Shown here piece by piece: positions 13,710 through 25,320 of a DNA stretch of 64,000 nt. The notes under the pieces were generated by a model. The model was not told where the DNA came from. It saw only the letters and a list, made by a program, of their open reading frames with translations, and searched no databases. The DNA is from Raillietiella orientalis. Its lineage: Eukaryota. The stretch is taken from the NCBI GenBank assembly GCA_036172245.1, contig JAYWIR010000005.1:186001-250000 (forward strand). The letters are read 5' to 3'. The translations under genes were made by a program, and so were the position numbers. Numbering within the stretch: position 1 is the first letter of the stretch; every line of letters starts with the position of its first letter.

Positions 13710-14288
13710 TTCATGCGGGACGCCCTACCGCCAACCGCAGTCCCAGCAGCTCTCTGCTGCATCCGCGGGATGACGGCGGCCTGAAGTGACGCCCAAGGAG
13801 GACCCCATGAGAGGGACGCCATCGAGCATGCACTTCCGCTTTCTAAGGATAGCAGCCAGATGGCCTCCGTCGGGTGGCATCGCGACCGACCTAGCTGGCG
13901 AGCTGGTAAGGATGCAGAGGACGCCCTCCAGCAGATGGGGATCCCCTCCCGACCCTCCAAATGTTTTTTCCATTCATTTTTTATGTTTTTTTTTTCATTC
14001 CGGCTCAGAGATGGCAGCGCTGGCGGCGCCGGCTTTGCGCAGGGGGAAGCTGACCAGGGGGGGCAGGAAGGGCAAAGGGAGTTTTTTTTTTTTTGGGGGG
14101 GGGGTGCCTCTCCAGGAGGGGAAGAGGAGAGGAAAGTAGTTCCTGTCACCTGAAATGACTCGTATCCGCTGCCGAGGCCTGCGTACTGGGCGACACAGCA
14201 GGGATTCGACCCCGTAGGGTGGGAATGCTTGCCCCACCATAGGTTGCAAGTCAACTCTCCTTCCGAGAAACGACCCGGCGTGACCGGG
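13710..14288 (+). pseudogene. Second decayed copy of the same family
   Basis: DALPPTAVPAALCCIRGMTAA*, then after a frameshift HFRFLRIAARWPPSGGIATDLAGELVRMQRTP. Terminus-like AAACGACCCGGCGTGACCGGG at ~14268-14288. Confidence 0.5.
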
Positions 14289-15430
14289 TGGCGGCGCCAA
14301 GTGACCTCGGACACGGAGGCGAACGCGCCTTCCACGCAGCCTGTCAGTGTTAAACAGCGGGAAGCTTTCGTCAGCTTTCCCGGCGACGGTTTTCGTGCCT
14401 TCCCGGATCCGGAAGGACGAAGGGAGGGAGGAAGACTTGCCGGAGACGTCGAGGAGGAGGCTACTGCGTGTCTCCTTCTCGACAGGGTGGTCGCTTCCGT
14501 GGTCTTTGATCCTCGGGGCGGCCGACAACCAGCGTCTTCTCCGAGAGCGTGGGTTGCCTTCCAGAGTCCTTCCTCTCCTAGGGAGACGAAGGAGGAGTTG
14601 GACTGGACCCATCCCAGGCGAGCCGCCGCTTCCTGGTCCGGTCTTCCTCTAAGGTATTTCCTAAACGAGCAGAAGGGCCGCGCGTGCGCGAAGAGGGGAG
14701 TCTCTTCCGCGGGTTCTCGCGACCTTTCCCGGGATAGATGGAAGTCCCGGACAGCTCTCGGGGAGTTTGAAGCATCTCGAGGACCAGTCGCTCGTTGCAT
14801 CCTCGGTTTGCACAAGAGAAGGGGAAAAGAGAGGCCAGGAAGAAACTGCTGGAAAGGAATTCAGGAACACTGGGAAGACCCAGGAATAAAGTGCCGAAGA
14901 ATGAAATGGGAAGAAAAAAAGGCCATCGGCAGAGCTGCGGGTGTCGGAGGAAGGAAGAAAGGAGGGAGGACGAGCGAAAAGAAGGCCCTGCTGGAAAAGC
15001 TGGTATATCACCCGCAGGACTTTGGCGCAAGAAAATGGCTCGTGGGTGGCTGCCGCTCACGGTGCTGAGCAGTGACCCAACCGAGGCAGGGGAAGATCAG
15101 GGAGGGTCAGGGGCTCAGACGTGTCGTTCGATAGCGCTCCCGAGACCCTGGAGGCGCAGGGACCACTCGGGAAGAAGAACGCAGGGCTTGCCGAAGTTCG
15201 AGTCCGGCTCAGAGATGGCAGCGCTGTCAGGGTCGGCTCCGCTCAGGGGGAAACTCGCCCGCCACCCGTGGTGGCAGGGCTCGCAGCTTGGGAAAGCTGA
15301 CCACGGGAACAGGAAGAACAAACAGGAACAGTATTTTTATTGTTTCTTGCCGTTTGCTTCTCCAGGAGGGGAAGAGGATGAAGATGATGGTGTGGTTCCA
15401 AGAGGGGAAGAGGACCGGAAGTAACTCGCT
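14000..15430 (+). repeat. Direct repeat pair (~14000-14145 and ~15204-15430)
   Basis: Both copies contain TCCGGCTCAGAGATGGCAGCGCTG, AAGCTGACCA and TCTCCAGGAGGGGAAGAGGA in the same order. Confidence 0.75.
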
Positions 15431-17344
15431 GCCGGAGGTCCCTGGACTGCGGGTATGCGGAACGAACCCATCGCCGCCGCCCTCTCTTCGCTCCGGAGCC
15501 GCGGCAGAAAGTCTGCCTTGGCGGTGCTCACGCCGCTTCTGCGCGCGGAGCGGACCGACCAGGAGGTCGAGGAAAGCGACACGAAGAGCACCGTGGTGAG
15601 GGCGCCCACGGAGAGAGCACGGAAACAAGCGCGGCGCTGTCGAATCGGGACGGGAACGGCGAAGGGGGAAACCGGTCGGCGAGAACGCCGCGCAGGTGGT
15701 TGCCCTGGTAGCGAGGCGACCTCGCCTCTCCACTCGGGACGCGGCGGTGCCGACTCTCGAACGGAAGACCACGGAGCACTTTCGGCCCGAGGTGAAGCGG
15801 AGGCAACGTCGTACGTCGCATGAGGTCCTCCGAGACGCTGCCGCCCGAGAGAGGCCCCATTCCTATGCGGTTTCGCGCCAGCGCTCCTTCTGCTGGTGCG
15901 GAGAAGGTCCCCTGCAGGGGACCGAGGTCCTCCGAAAGGTGGAAGTGACTTCACCTTCCCCTCGGAGGTCTGGAGTCCCCTGGTGGTCCCCGGGGCTTCT
16001 CTGGACGTGAGCCCGACCACGGGCGTCTCCCTCCGGGTGTGCCCACGTCCTGCTGCCGCGACCCCCGCCGGTGCCTCCACCGGGTCGCAGAAGACTCCGC
16101 GCTTCCCGCGTCCTCCCTGAGCGCGCGTGGAGACATCGCTCCCTACCGAGGATGCAGGAGAGGGAAATCTCTCCGGGGAACCGGAAACCACATTCCTGCG
16201 AGCGTCGCCCGACGCCTGCGAGTTCTCCGTCTCGGCGCCGTGGATTCATCTACAGGGGGAAGTCCCTCCCGAAGGCTCCTCCGGCGTTTCGCTCGGCCGG
16301 CCCGAGAGAAACGCCGGAGCCGCCGCCGTGCCCCTGGCGGGGTGGAGGGGAGCAGGTTCCTGGAACGCGTCGCGAGGTCGGCGTACGGCGCCGAGAAGCG
16401 AGGCACGCCAGCGTGGCGCCGGCGGCAGTACCGAGGGAGCTGCAGGCTGGCACCTTAGCGATCAGGACACGAGACGGGGTGGGGTGGGGTGAGGGAAGGG
16501 GGCAATTCTCTCCCACTGGCCGGACGGGTTCTCATGGCGCTCGGACAGGAGCCTCCGGAGGGGCGGCGCCGAGGGAGCGTCCTCGAGTGGCGCGTGGAGG
16601 AAGAGTGGAGAGTGGCCGCAACAGTTCTGCAAGTTTTCTCCGGGTCCCCTGCTGCGCTCACCCCAAAGTCCGATGCAGGCGACCCCTTGCCGAGAAGAGG
16701 CTGCTCCTCCCGGTGCGCCTCGCGCCTCAACAGGTGGTGCTCTTCGACCCACCCATCGGCTCCCAGCCTGAAGATCTTCGTTTTTCCCGGAGGTCTGCGA
16801 TGAGAAGAGCCGAGGAAGTCCCAGCAGCCGATGACGCCCTGGTGGCGTTCCAGACCTCAGAGAACTGACAACCAGTCGTCTCCAGGGAATGGATCCGGGA
16901 GAGGAAGGAGTTCTTCCTCTCGTGGAAGAGGCAAAAAGGGAGAAGAAAGGAAAGCGCTAGCTCGCGAAGGTATCTTCCCCTCCCTGCCGTACCCATGGAA
17001 ACCCCGGGAAGGGGGGAGGCGGGTTCGGACGCTGCCGCCACGGCTCCCCCGCGATCGCGTCGCGCGCGGGTTTTCTGTTTCCGGGCGCTCGGATCCGCGG
17101 ACCAGCAGCCCGAGAGTCGCCGCCGGACCGTCGAGTCAGGGATAACGGCCGGCCGGAGCCTCCGATCGAACATCTGGCGCACGCGCGCTCGCCGCCGCCG
17201 CTCGATGGCCCAGGGCGATCGGCATTCCAGCCGTGCTCCCTCCGCGTGCCGTTTCGGAACAAGCGCTTCCCCTGCTGCCAGGAGGAACGCGTCCTTCTCC
17301 CTTTCCACCTTTCCGAGACGACGGAGGCGCTCGCGGGCAACCGG

Positions 17345-17530
17345 AAGGAGGAAGAAGAGGAAGAGGAAAGGAGGAGGAGGAGGAAAGGGGAAGAGGAGGA
17401 GGAGGAGGAGGAAGAAGGGAGTAGAGGGAGGAGGAAAGAAGGAAGAGGAGGAGGAGAATGAGAAAAGGAGGAACAGGAGGAGGAGGAAGAAGAAGGAAGG
17501 AACAAGAGGAGGAGAAAGGGAGGAGGGGAC
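17345..17530 (+). repeat. (GAG/GAA)n purine-rich simple repeat
   Basis: Directly visible low-complexity tract. Confidence 0.95.
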
Positions 17531-19457
17531 AAAACAGATTTTCATTCCACCCTAAAGGAAGGCGAAGGAGACGGCGCCCGGGTGGGAAAGGAGGCTGCGA
17601 AACACATCAATTACGGGAGCGCGCCGCCGCGTCCACCTGCCCGAATGTTGGGCTGCCGCCGAGCGCCCGTCGGCCTCTTCCCGGAAGTCGCGCCGGATTC
17701 GGCTCCGTTCGGCGCGGAGGTCCCCGTGCGACGCCTGGCGAGGGGGTGGCGCGGCGGGGTGGAGTGGCAGCGGGAGAGGATGTTCCCATGTGTTGCTCTG
17801 CGCGCGCCGCGGCCGCCGCGCCGCGCCGCCGCGAGGGGGCCGCTCTGCGCCGCGTGACCGATTTTTCCCTCCGCCGACCGGCTGTTCGTTGACTGCCCTT
17901 GGTGGGATCGTCCTTCTCTCCTTCACGCGAGGAAATCCTTGACACGTTTTGGGAGGAAGGAGGAGCAGAGAGGAGGTGCGAGAAAGGAGCAGGATGAAGA
18001 GGGGAGGGAGAAGGGAACGGTGAGGTATTCCTGGCTGCTACTGACGGGGAAGCAGGCGAGTGAAAAGACAGGGATCGCTCCCGTAAAAATAACGTCCCGT
18101 CTTCGCGCCACCGCGGAAGAAGGCGCAGCTGTGGACACGGAGCGATCTCGGATGTCAGCCTGAGGTGAGGTCGTGCGCTCTCCTCCGCCCGGCGGCGGGC
18201 GTGAAAGTCGTCCAGCAGTGGCCGAGTCGGCACGGATGCCCCCAGTGCCGAGAGAAGGCCGGGAGACGCCCGGAAGTGGTTGCGAAAGATTGCCAGCCTG
18301 AAACAGGAGCGCTGGCGCGGCAGTCCTCCCCTGCTCCTTCCCATCCTTTCCGTCGCATACAGCAGCAGAAGATGGGAAAGCCCCCCATTCCCGCCCCCCC
18401 CCCCCGCCCCCCCAAAAAAAAAGCAGAGAGCTGGAAGAGGCCAGGACTCGGAAGGAGCGCGTGCGTGCAGACCGGGGGACGCTTCCGTGCGTGCCATCGG
18501 CACGGCGCGGGCCCGCGCTTCGCGGTTCCCGCGGGAGCTGGGGACGAGCGCTGCACCCGAAGAACGACGAACGCTCGGGAGAACGCTGGTGCTGGCATCT
18601 GCCGCCGAAACTCGGAGTGACCGCGGCCGCCGTCGTCGGCAATCCCCCCGCTCGGTGCGTTCGCTCGTGGGAATGCGTTGCCCGGACACGTGTGTAGGCA
18701 ACGCACCCGACGGATGCTCAAGTGGTCTTTCCCTATCCCATTCCGCGAAAAGCGCTTGTCACGTGCACGTGACCTACGTGCGCGTACGATTGACACAGGT
18801 ACATGCGCAAGCGTACGCATGCTCACGGGCACACTGGCGCGCGTGTCCGTTCACAGGAGCAGTCGGAAGATAAACAAGCAGGTCCCGAAGGATTTATTGA
18901 GCCAAAGCAGCAAAAAGGAAAAAAGGAGCGCACTTTTATTGAGCGCATGCTTTGGGCTCGCGAGGAAATCCTGCCGCGTCCCTGCTGGCGGCGCCACTTT
19001 CCGCTTGTTTTCTCACGTCATGCATTGTTGCGTCACGGGCCGGTGAACGGCGAATCTTCGTCGCGCAATATGGAGCGGCTGACGCCTTCGCGTGCCGAGT
19101 GACCCGCGAAGCTTCTGCGAGAGGCGGCCGTGACTCTGACCGATCTTCGAACGGCCCGAGACGTCGATGCGTAGTCATCGCCGTCGTCGGACGATCCCGC
19201 GGCTTTCGGGACAGCTGCTCGGAGGCGAAACCGCGAATGGGACCTTCGACTTCGCTTCTGTTCCCTTCTGCCGTTTCACCCCCCTCCTTCCTCCTCTCCC
19301 TGAGGAACCAAGGAGGGAAAGATGCGGAGAATGGGGTGGGGACGGAAGGCTGGCCGAACGCGTCCTCGGCCGGTTCGGCCACCGTCCTCGCCTGCGCGCC
19401 ATCCGCAGCAGCTCCCCGAAACGGAGGGAGGGACGCCGTCTGTCCTCGGAAGACTTC

Positions 19458-21061
19458 CAGCTGCGCGCGGCGTCCATCCTCGCACCCCGGAAGAGGGGGA
19501 AGGAAGAGCCGAAGGTGCAGGTAGCGCAGTCCTTCCGCGCTGCTTCCTCCGGAAGGTGGTCTCTGGGGCGGGAAGCTGGACCCTCAGCGACCTGAAACTC
19601 GCACACCTTCCTCCTCCTCGTCGTCCTCCCTTGCTGGCGTTTTCTTTCGGGCAGGACACGTGTGACGTCACCTCGACGCGGTCGCCCGGTACTCGACGAA
19701 TTGACCTCCGAAAGTTGCATCCGCGTTCTTTTTTCTGTGATCCTTGCTGCTGCTCATCCTCCTGTTCCCGATGTTCTTTATGGTTCCGGCGGTGAGGACA
19801 TCCCCTAGGAGCGGGAATTCGATCCCCCGCTCGTCCTCACAACTTCCCTCTGGCAACAAGGCCGAACCAGGTCTCCAGGACTTGGCAAGCTCTCCACTGC
19901 CATCTTCAGGAAAACAGAATCTCCGAGGAAACCGCCTCCATGAGACGGAGGCGTGCCGTCCCGCCTGGACAAATGATGCCCTTCCGAGGTTCTGAGCTTT
20001 TAGGGGAAGATGCAGCTTCCGGAAGCGTCTTAGAAGAATGCTCTTGCAGAATCTCCGGCCATGCCCCAGGGTTCTCTTCGCCGCCTCCTGCTGACCCCAT
20101 TTCTTCGTGACTTCTGTCCTCCGCAGAGAGACCGGGAGCGCCCCAGCGGGCTGAGTGGGGGTTATCTGAGGGCGGCAGCAAGCTGGAAAGGGAAGGAGAG
20201 CGCGTGGCCCTGGACCAAGTGGGAGCGGATGGGGAACGAATTCCCCTCCGACTCGTGGAGGTCCTTATGGACGGCTCTTGACTCCCCGGGACGCTCTCCA
20301 GTCTGCTCCCTCCCCCAGGGGAGCTCTTCTCCATGCGCCCCCTGAGCGGCTACTTGCAGACCCTTCACTGCCTTCGAGCGGGTCACCTCCCGTCTCCTAG
20401 AAACAGAGAGCGTTGTGGGCTTTCCAGAAAAGAGAGACCCAGACCCGACCCGGGGCAAACGGTGGAGCTCCTCTGTGTGGCCTCGGTCTCCGCGAGGTCT
20501 CAATAGAAAGACATGGCTTTTCTTTCTACAAGCAATGCTCCGCCATCTCTCTCTCCAGTTTCCGGGGCAACAATGGCATTGAGGGATAGAAGGTAGGAGG
20601 TGGTGCTAGGAGACGCACCACCTCTCGAGAACGTTCTGAGGACCAGGTCCAGGACTAGGGAAGACCCTCGAATATACCTAGAAAATGCTGAGGACAGCAA
20701 AGGTAATTGAAAAAAACAGCAGGGAAGAGGAGGAAGAGCAGCGGCAGAAACGGGAAACAGGATGAAGAGCAGAAGCAAGGATCACAGAAAAAAGAACGCG
20801 GATGCAACTTTCGGAGGTCAATTCGTCGAGTACCGGGCGACCGCGTCGAGGTGACGTCACACGTGTCCCGCCCGAAAGAAAACGCCAGCAAGGGAGGACG
20901 ACGAGGAGGAGGAAGGTGTGCGGGTTTCAGGTCGCTGAGGGTCCAGCTTCCCGCGCCAGAGACCACCTTCCGGAGGAAGCAGCGCGGAAGGACTGCGCTA
21001 CCTGCACTTTCGCCCCTCTTTCTCCCTCTTCCGGAGTGCCAGGACGGACGCCACGAGCTGC
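19458..21061. repeat. Large inverted duplication (arms ~19458-19770 and ~20750-21061, ~1 kb spacer)
   Basis: Core 19515-19748 is the reverse complement of 20774-21007 (234 bp, 3 mismatches by eye). Similarity decays on both sides of the core. Confidence 0.95.
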
Positions 21062-21860
21062 AATGATGCCTCGAAGCGCCCGTCTCATCGGCCACCAGGC
21101 GCGCCTGCGCTCTGGGCTCGACTGCCACCTCCGACATGCTCGGAGCTTTCGAGCGTGGCCCCACCTAGAGGAGCGAGGACATGCCCGGGTCAATGGCGCA
21201 CCGGACACTTCCTCCTTCGCAGGAGCAAAGTGAGGTCCCCTGACGGCGTGCAGAAGGTCTCCCGTCGGGGTCGGCCATGAGCACCTTTGGCGGCCACTGA
21301 AGAGCACCGTCCGACCGCCCTCGACATGAGGAGGAGTTCCTTCTGCCAGATGGGGAGAGCCGATGAGGTCCATCTTCCCGTAGGCGCCTACCTGGAAGCA
21401 TATTGAGCAGCCCAGATTTGCGGAGTGGTGATGGTTGCAACGAGTCGGATCTGTTCCCAGAGGCGGAGGGTGCAGGAAGCGCGGATCCGGACCTTTCCGC
21501 TTCCGCCTTGGCGGTGGCGCTGGAAAAAGCGATGAGGGGAATTCCAGGTCGTTGTCAGTGACCTGCGACGGTGGCGTATGAGGGTAGAGCGCGTCTTTGT
21601 CCTGTACCTACTGGAGGGGGGTTAAGGGGATACCAGGGAGATGTCCTGAACCGTTCTTCCCCGTCCGAGCGAACCCAGAATGGAAGGGAATCCCGGGAGA
21701 AGAGATTTCGGATGGCGGCAGCAGCCTCGCGGCCGGACATCGAGGGACAGCAGTCAGCGGGCGAACTCCGGGGTGCGGTTCCCGCTCGCGAGAGTTCTAG
21801 TTTCCGGGTCTCCTTCAAACCGGTTGTCAAGCGCAACGGAGCAGACGCGGGATGCGCCCG

Positions 21861-22074
21861 TTATAAATAGCACGCGGCGCGGCGGAACGGCAGCGCCTCG
21901 TTCCTTAGAGACGGCATCCGAGGAACGAGCGGGGAGGAGCGGAGAGAGGACGATCCTTCGAGACGACGCTGATCCCCGGGAGAGAATTTCGCATGGCAGA
22001 GACGCTGGACCAAATAAGGAGGGAGAGCGGGAGCCGCCCGTTCCCGATCCTGCTCTCCCTCCTAATTTGGTCCA
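21861..22074. promoter_or_regulatory. Candidate MEF2/SRF enhancer upstream of EGR
   Basis: TTATAAATAG at 21861-21870 matches MEF2 YTAW4TAR. CArG boxes CCAAATAAGG (22010-22019) and CCTAATTTGG (22061-22070) are AT-rich motifs in a GC-rich background. Confidence 0.6.
22006..22074. repeat. 27-bp inverted repeat (hairpin) with 15-nt loop
   Basis: TGGACCAAATAAGGAGGGAGAGCGGGA ... TCCTGCTCTCCCTCCTAATTTGGTCCA; one mismatch and one G-U pair. Confidence 0.9.
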
Positions 22075-22749
22075 TCGCCTGGATGGACGGATGCGTCCGC
22101 GGGCTCAGCCGCCCTCGCTGCCGCGGCGAGGGCGATCGCCTCAGAGTCCCGCCGGCGGAGGCGCGCGCGACGTCCCTCACCCTCAGCCCGCCAGAGGGCC
22201 CTCCCGCAAAAGCCGACCCTTCCGGGAGAAGCCGCCCTCACGCACGCGCTCTCCCTGGCAGGCGCTGTCGTCCAGTCCCCATCCCAGAGCACCCGCAGCA
22301 CCAGCAGCGGCGGCCCTGGGAAGGTCGCATGGGCGCATGGGACAGGGCGTACCCAGCGGCGGCAGGGGTCGTGCCCGCCTTGGCCTCGCTCCGCTCTTCA
22401 AGCCGTTCCTAGGGAGCCCCGAAGGGCAGCAGGCAGCAGCAAAGAGAGAGCGGCCCCTCGCTTCGGGGAAAACGCACTCCCGATGTCCCTCTTCCTCAGA
22501 GTGTGCCCTCCGCTTCCCCTCCTCCCCGTCCCGTGCGATCTCGCTGTCGCCACCGCCGCCGGCTCAGCATCCCAGATTACCATCTCCGCGGCGAGCGTCA
22601 TCTTGCAGCGGAGTCGGCGGCGGAGTCCCGAGCGTTCCCTTGCGCCTTGCTCCCGCAGCTGCTGCTGCTGCTGCTGCCAGCGGCGGCTTTCCGTCCGCCG
22701 GAGGGCCACCGAAGGACGCCGCAGGCGAAATCCGCACGCTTCTGCTTGA

Positions 22750-22791
22750 GTTACGTAACGACGACGCCACGAGAGGGGCTTGATGACGTCA
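22750..22791. promoter_or_regulatory. bZIP site pair (PAR-bZIP/VRI-PDP1-like palindrome plus CRE)
   Basis: GTTACGTAAC at 22750-22759 and TGACGTCA at 22784-22791. Confidence 0.45.
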
Positions 22792-25087
22792 GCGAGAGAG
22801 CAAGAGAGCCCCACCGCCGCCGGCCGGACGACGGCTCGGCACCGCTGCTGCTTCTCGACCGGAATCGCTTCCCCCCCTCTCTCCCCAGGAGGGGATCACG
22901 ACCACCCCTGGGTCGCCGAAAAGCAGCGCGCGAGAAAAAAAAAGAAAAAAAAACGGGAAGGAAATCATGCGCAGGCGCGCTCATGGTGTTCGTTGTCTCC
23001 TTTTTTTCTCGTCGCTGCTGCCTCCCGGGAATGCTCCGCATGCCGCGGTGAGGTCATCACCAAGGCATCCGGTTACGCAGGAAACGAGAACCGGGCCCGT
23101 CGGCGGCGGCACAGTGATCCCTCCTCCTCCCCCCCTTTCCTTCCCTCCCTCCACTTGGCGGCGCTCCACGGGCCTTTCTTCCCGTCCTCCTGAGCGCGCG
23201 CGGACGGGGACCAACCGAGCACGTCGGGATGTACGTAATCCGCGTTTCCCATTTTTGCCGCTCCGCGGAGCCACTGCCGAGCCGCGGCCGGGATGACATT
23301 TGAGCATCGCGCACAAGGTCGGAAGACGTTGCGGTGAGTCATCCGCGCGTTGCTCGGTGCGGTTGCCAAGTTGCCCGATCTGCCGCCGCCGCGGCGCGCG
23401 CGCACACTCGCGCTTCCGACGCAAAGGAAGGGGGGAGGGGTTGGATGGGTCCCGCCCGAAGCGGGATGGGGACGTTCCCTTCCGGGAATGCGGAGTTCTT
23501 TGAGTGGCTCCAGACCTCCTGAGACTCTGCCCCCGTTTCCAAGAAAAGTCGATATGAAGACTGGGGGGAGGGGGAGGAGGAGGGGGCGAGGGCATCCCTC
23601 GCTCCTGCCTAATTTCGGCGCACGCGCCTGATTGCTGCCAGGATTCCTCAAAGGGCGCCCCGAGGGCAGAGGAAGTCGCGCAGCGTCGCGCGCTCCCAGA
23701 CGGGAATTACGATCTGTAGTTGAGGAGGGAGCGCCCCGTTGCGACACCGGGCGGAGCGAGGAGGGCTGCCCACAGGGAATCCATCCTCTCCGCGCCGCGC
23801 GCCTTCGCTGGAGGAGCGCCACCAAGGGATGACGTCGCGGCGGCGACGTTCTCAGAGAGAGCGCCGAGACGGGGAGCCCGCTGAGCGCGCGGCACGGTCG
23901 CCAGGTGCGAGTGGCCCCGCTCGGGACCCCGCGCGCGTCTGAGGTGGGGCAAGTATGGGAGGGTGCGCTGCTGCTGCTGCTGGCTTGTTGACCTTCTTCG
24001 CTCCCTCGCGAGACCGTAGAAGGTTGTGGGCCGGAAGCATTTTCCACACGGAGGATCCACAAGGAAGAAAGTCCTTTCGGCCTTGCCTGCTTCCGAGCGT
24101 ACATGGTGGGCAAGGCACGAACCAGCGACCAGCCGACCGACGGTGGCACCTACAGCAGCTGATGCCCTCATCGCTGTTGCTTTCGCTCCGCTTCCGTTGG
24201 TTCCGGGATTGTTGTTGTCACCAAGCAACTACCATTGTTGCCTGCGTCGTTGTTATCCCAAGAAGCTGCCATTGTTGATACGGCATTGTTGTCTTCCCCC
24301 AGCAGCTGCCATTGTTGGGGTCTCCGGCTTCATCGCTGCGAGTTTGAGGCAGTCCTGGTGATAGCGCACGCGTGCATAGCTCTTGTCTTTTTGTTTTCGT
24401 GTAGGAGCGCCAGCAACGCAATTTTGGCGCGTGCATTCCCCTTCCTGCAGACCCCTCGCCTTTGTGTGTGTGTCTTTGCACGTGTTCCTCGCTTCTTCTA
24501 GCATTCCTTTTTTTTCCCTTCTTCCTCCTCCCCCTTTTCTCGAAGTGATTGACTTCGAGCCGAGCAGCTGGCAGGCGGCCAGATCGACGGTGACGTCATG
24601 CGATCCTGGCATTCCTGCTTGTCCATAAACGGCAATGCGCTCCCGGCTTAAGCAACAGATGGGGGGATTTGGCAACCCGCCAAGGGGCGCGTCAGAGCCG
24701 CGGCTCCGCGGTCGTTTCCTACGAAACCGATCCTGCTTTCCTCCCCCTCCTGCCGCTCCTCCTCCTCCTCCTCCCCAGATCTGCAGTGCCGACGCTGCAC
24801 CCGTCGCTTAAACGCCACTTTCCTCCGACCGGGAGGCCGGGAACTCGGGAGACTTCCGGAGGAGAGCGGTGTTTGCGTCGCAACTGCCTGGATGGCGCGC
24901 TCCTGAGCCGGAATCCCGGCGAAACGACGGCTGTGGTCCGCACTTTGCGCACGCGTGGTCGGACGAAAGGCCGGGGAAGAAGGAAAGGAGGAGGAGGAGG
25001 GGAGGGAGGAAGAGGAGAAGCGAAGAGAAGAGCGACCACCGCCACGCGTGCGAACCTCCGTCGTCGTCGTCGTCGTCGCCTCCGCTG

Positions 25088-25088
<1 letters not shown>

Positions 25089-25135
<47 letters not shown>

Positions 25136-25148
25136 CTCTCTCCTCTCT
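25089..25148 (+). repeat. (CT)n microsatellite next to the EGR promoter (GAGA-factor-type sites)
   Basis: About 60 nt of CT dinucleotide, ~50 nt upstream of the first proximal CRE. Confidence 0.95.
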
Positions 25149-25189
25149 GCCTCTCGCTTACGTGCGCGCGAGAGTGCACCGCTCGGAGA

Positions 25190-25320
25190 AGGGGAGTGAC
25201 GTCACGTCTCCGGCTGCGGCAACTGGCTGCTTGCCCGGTCGCGTCACGCCCGGTGACGTCACACCGCCGGCTCCATTCATAAAACGTTAGAATGGCAGGC
25301 GAGCCGCACGCAGTTCGTGT
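25190..25320 (+). promoter_or_regulatory. Putative EGR core promoter: two CREs, TATA-like box and Inr
   Basis: TGACGTCA at 25197-25204 and 25254-25261, CATAAAA at 25278-25284 and arthropod-type Inr GCAGTT at 25310-25315. I found no ATG between ~25295 and the start codon at 25984. Confidence 0.7.

Noticed and set aside
16476..16502. G-quadruplex-like GGGGT repeats
   Set aside because: G-runs are common throughout the window and this one has no associated feature.
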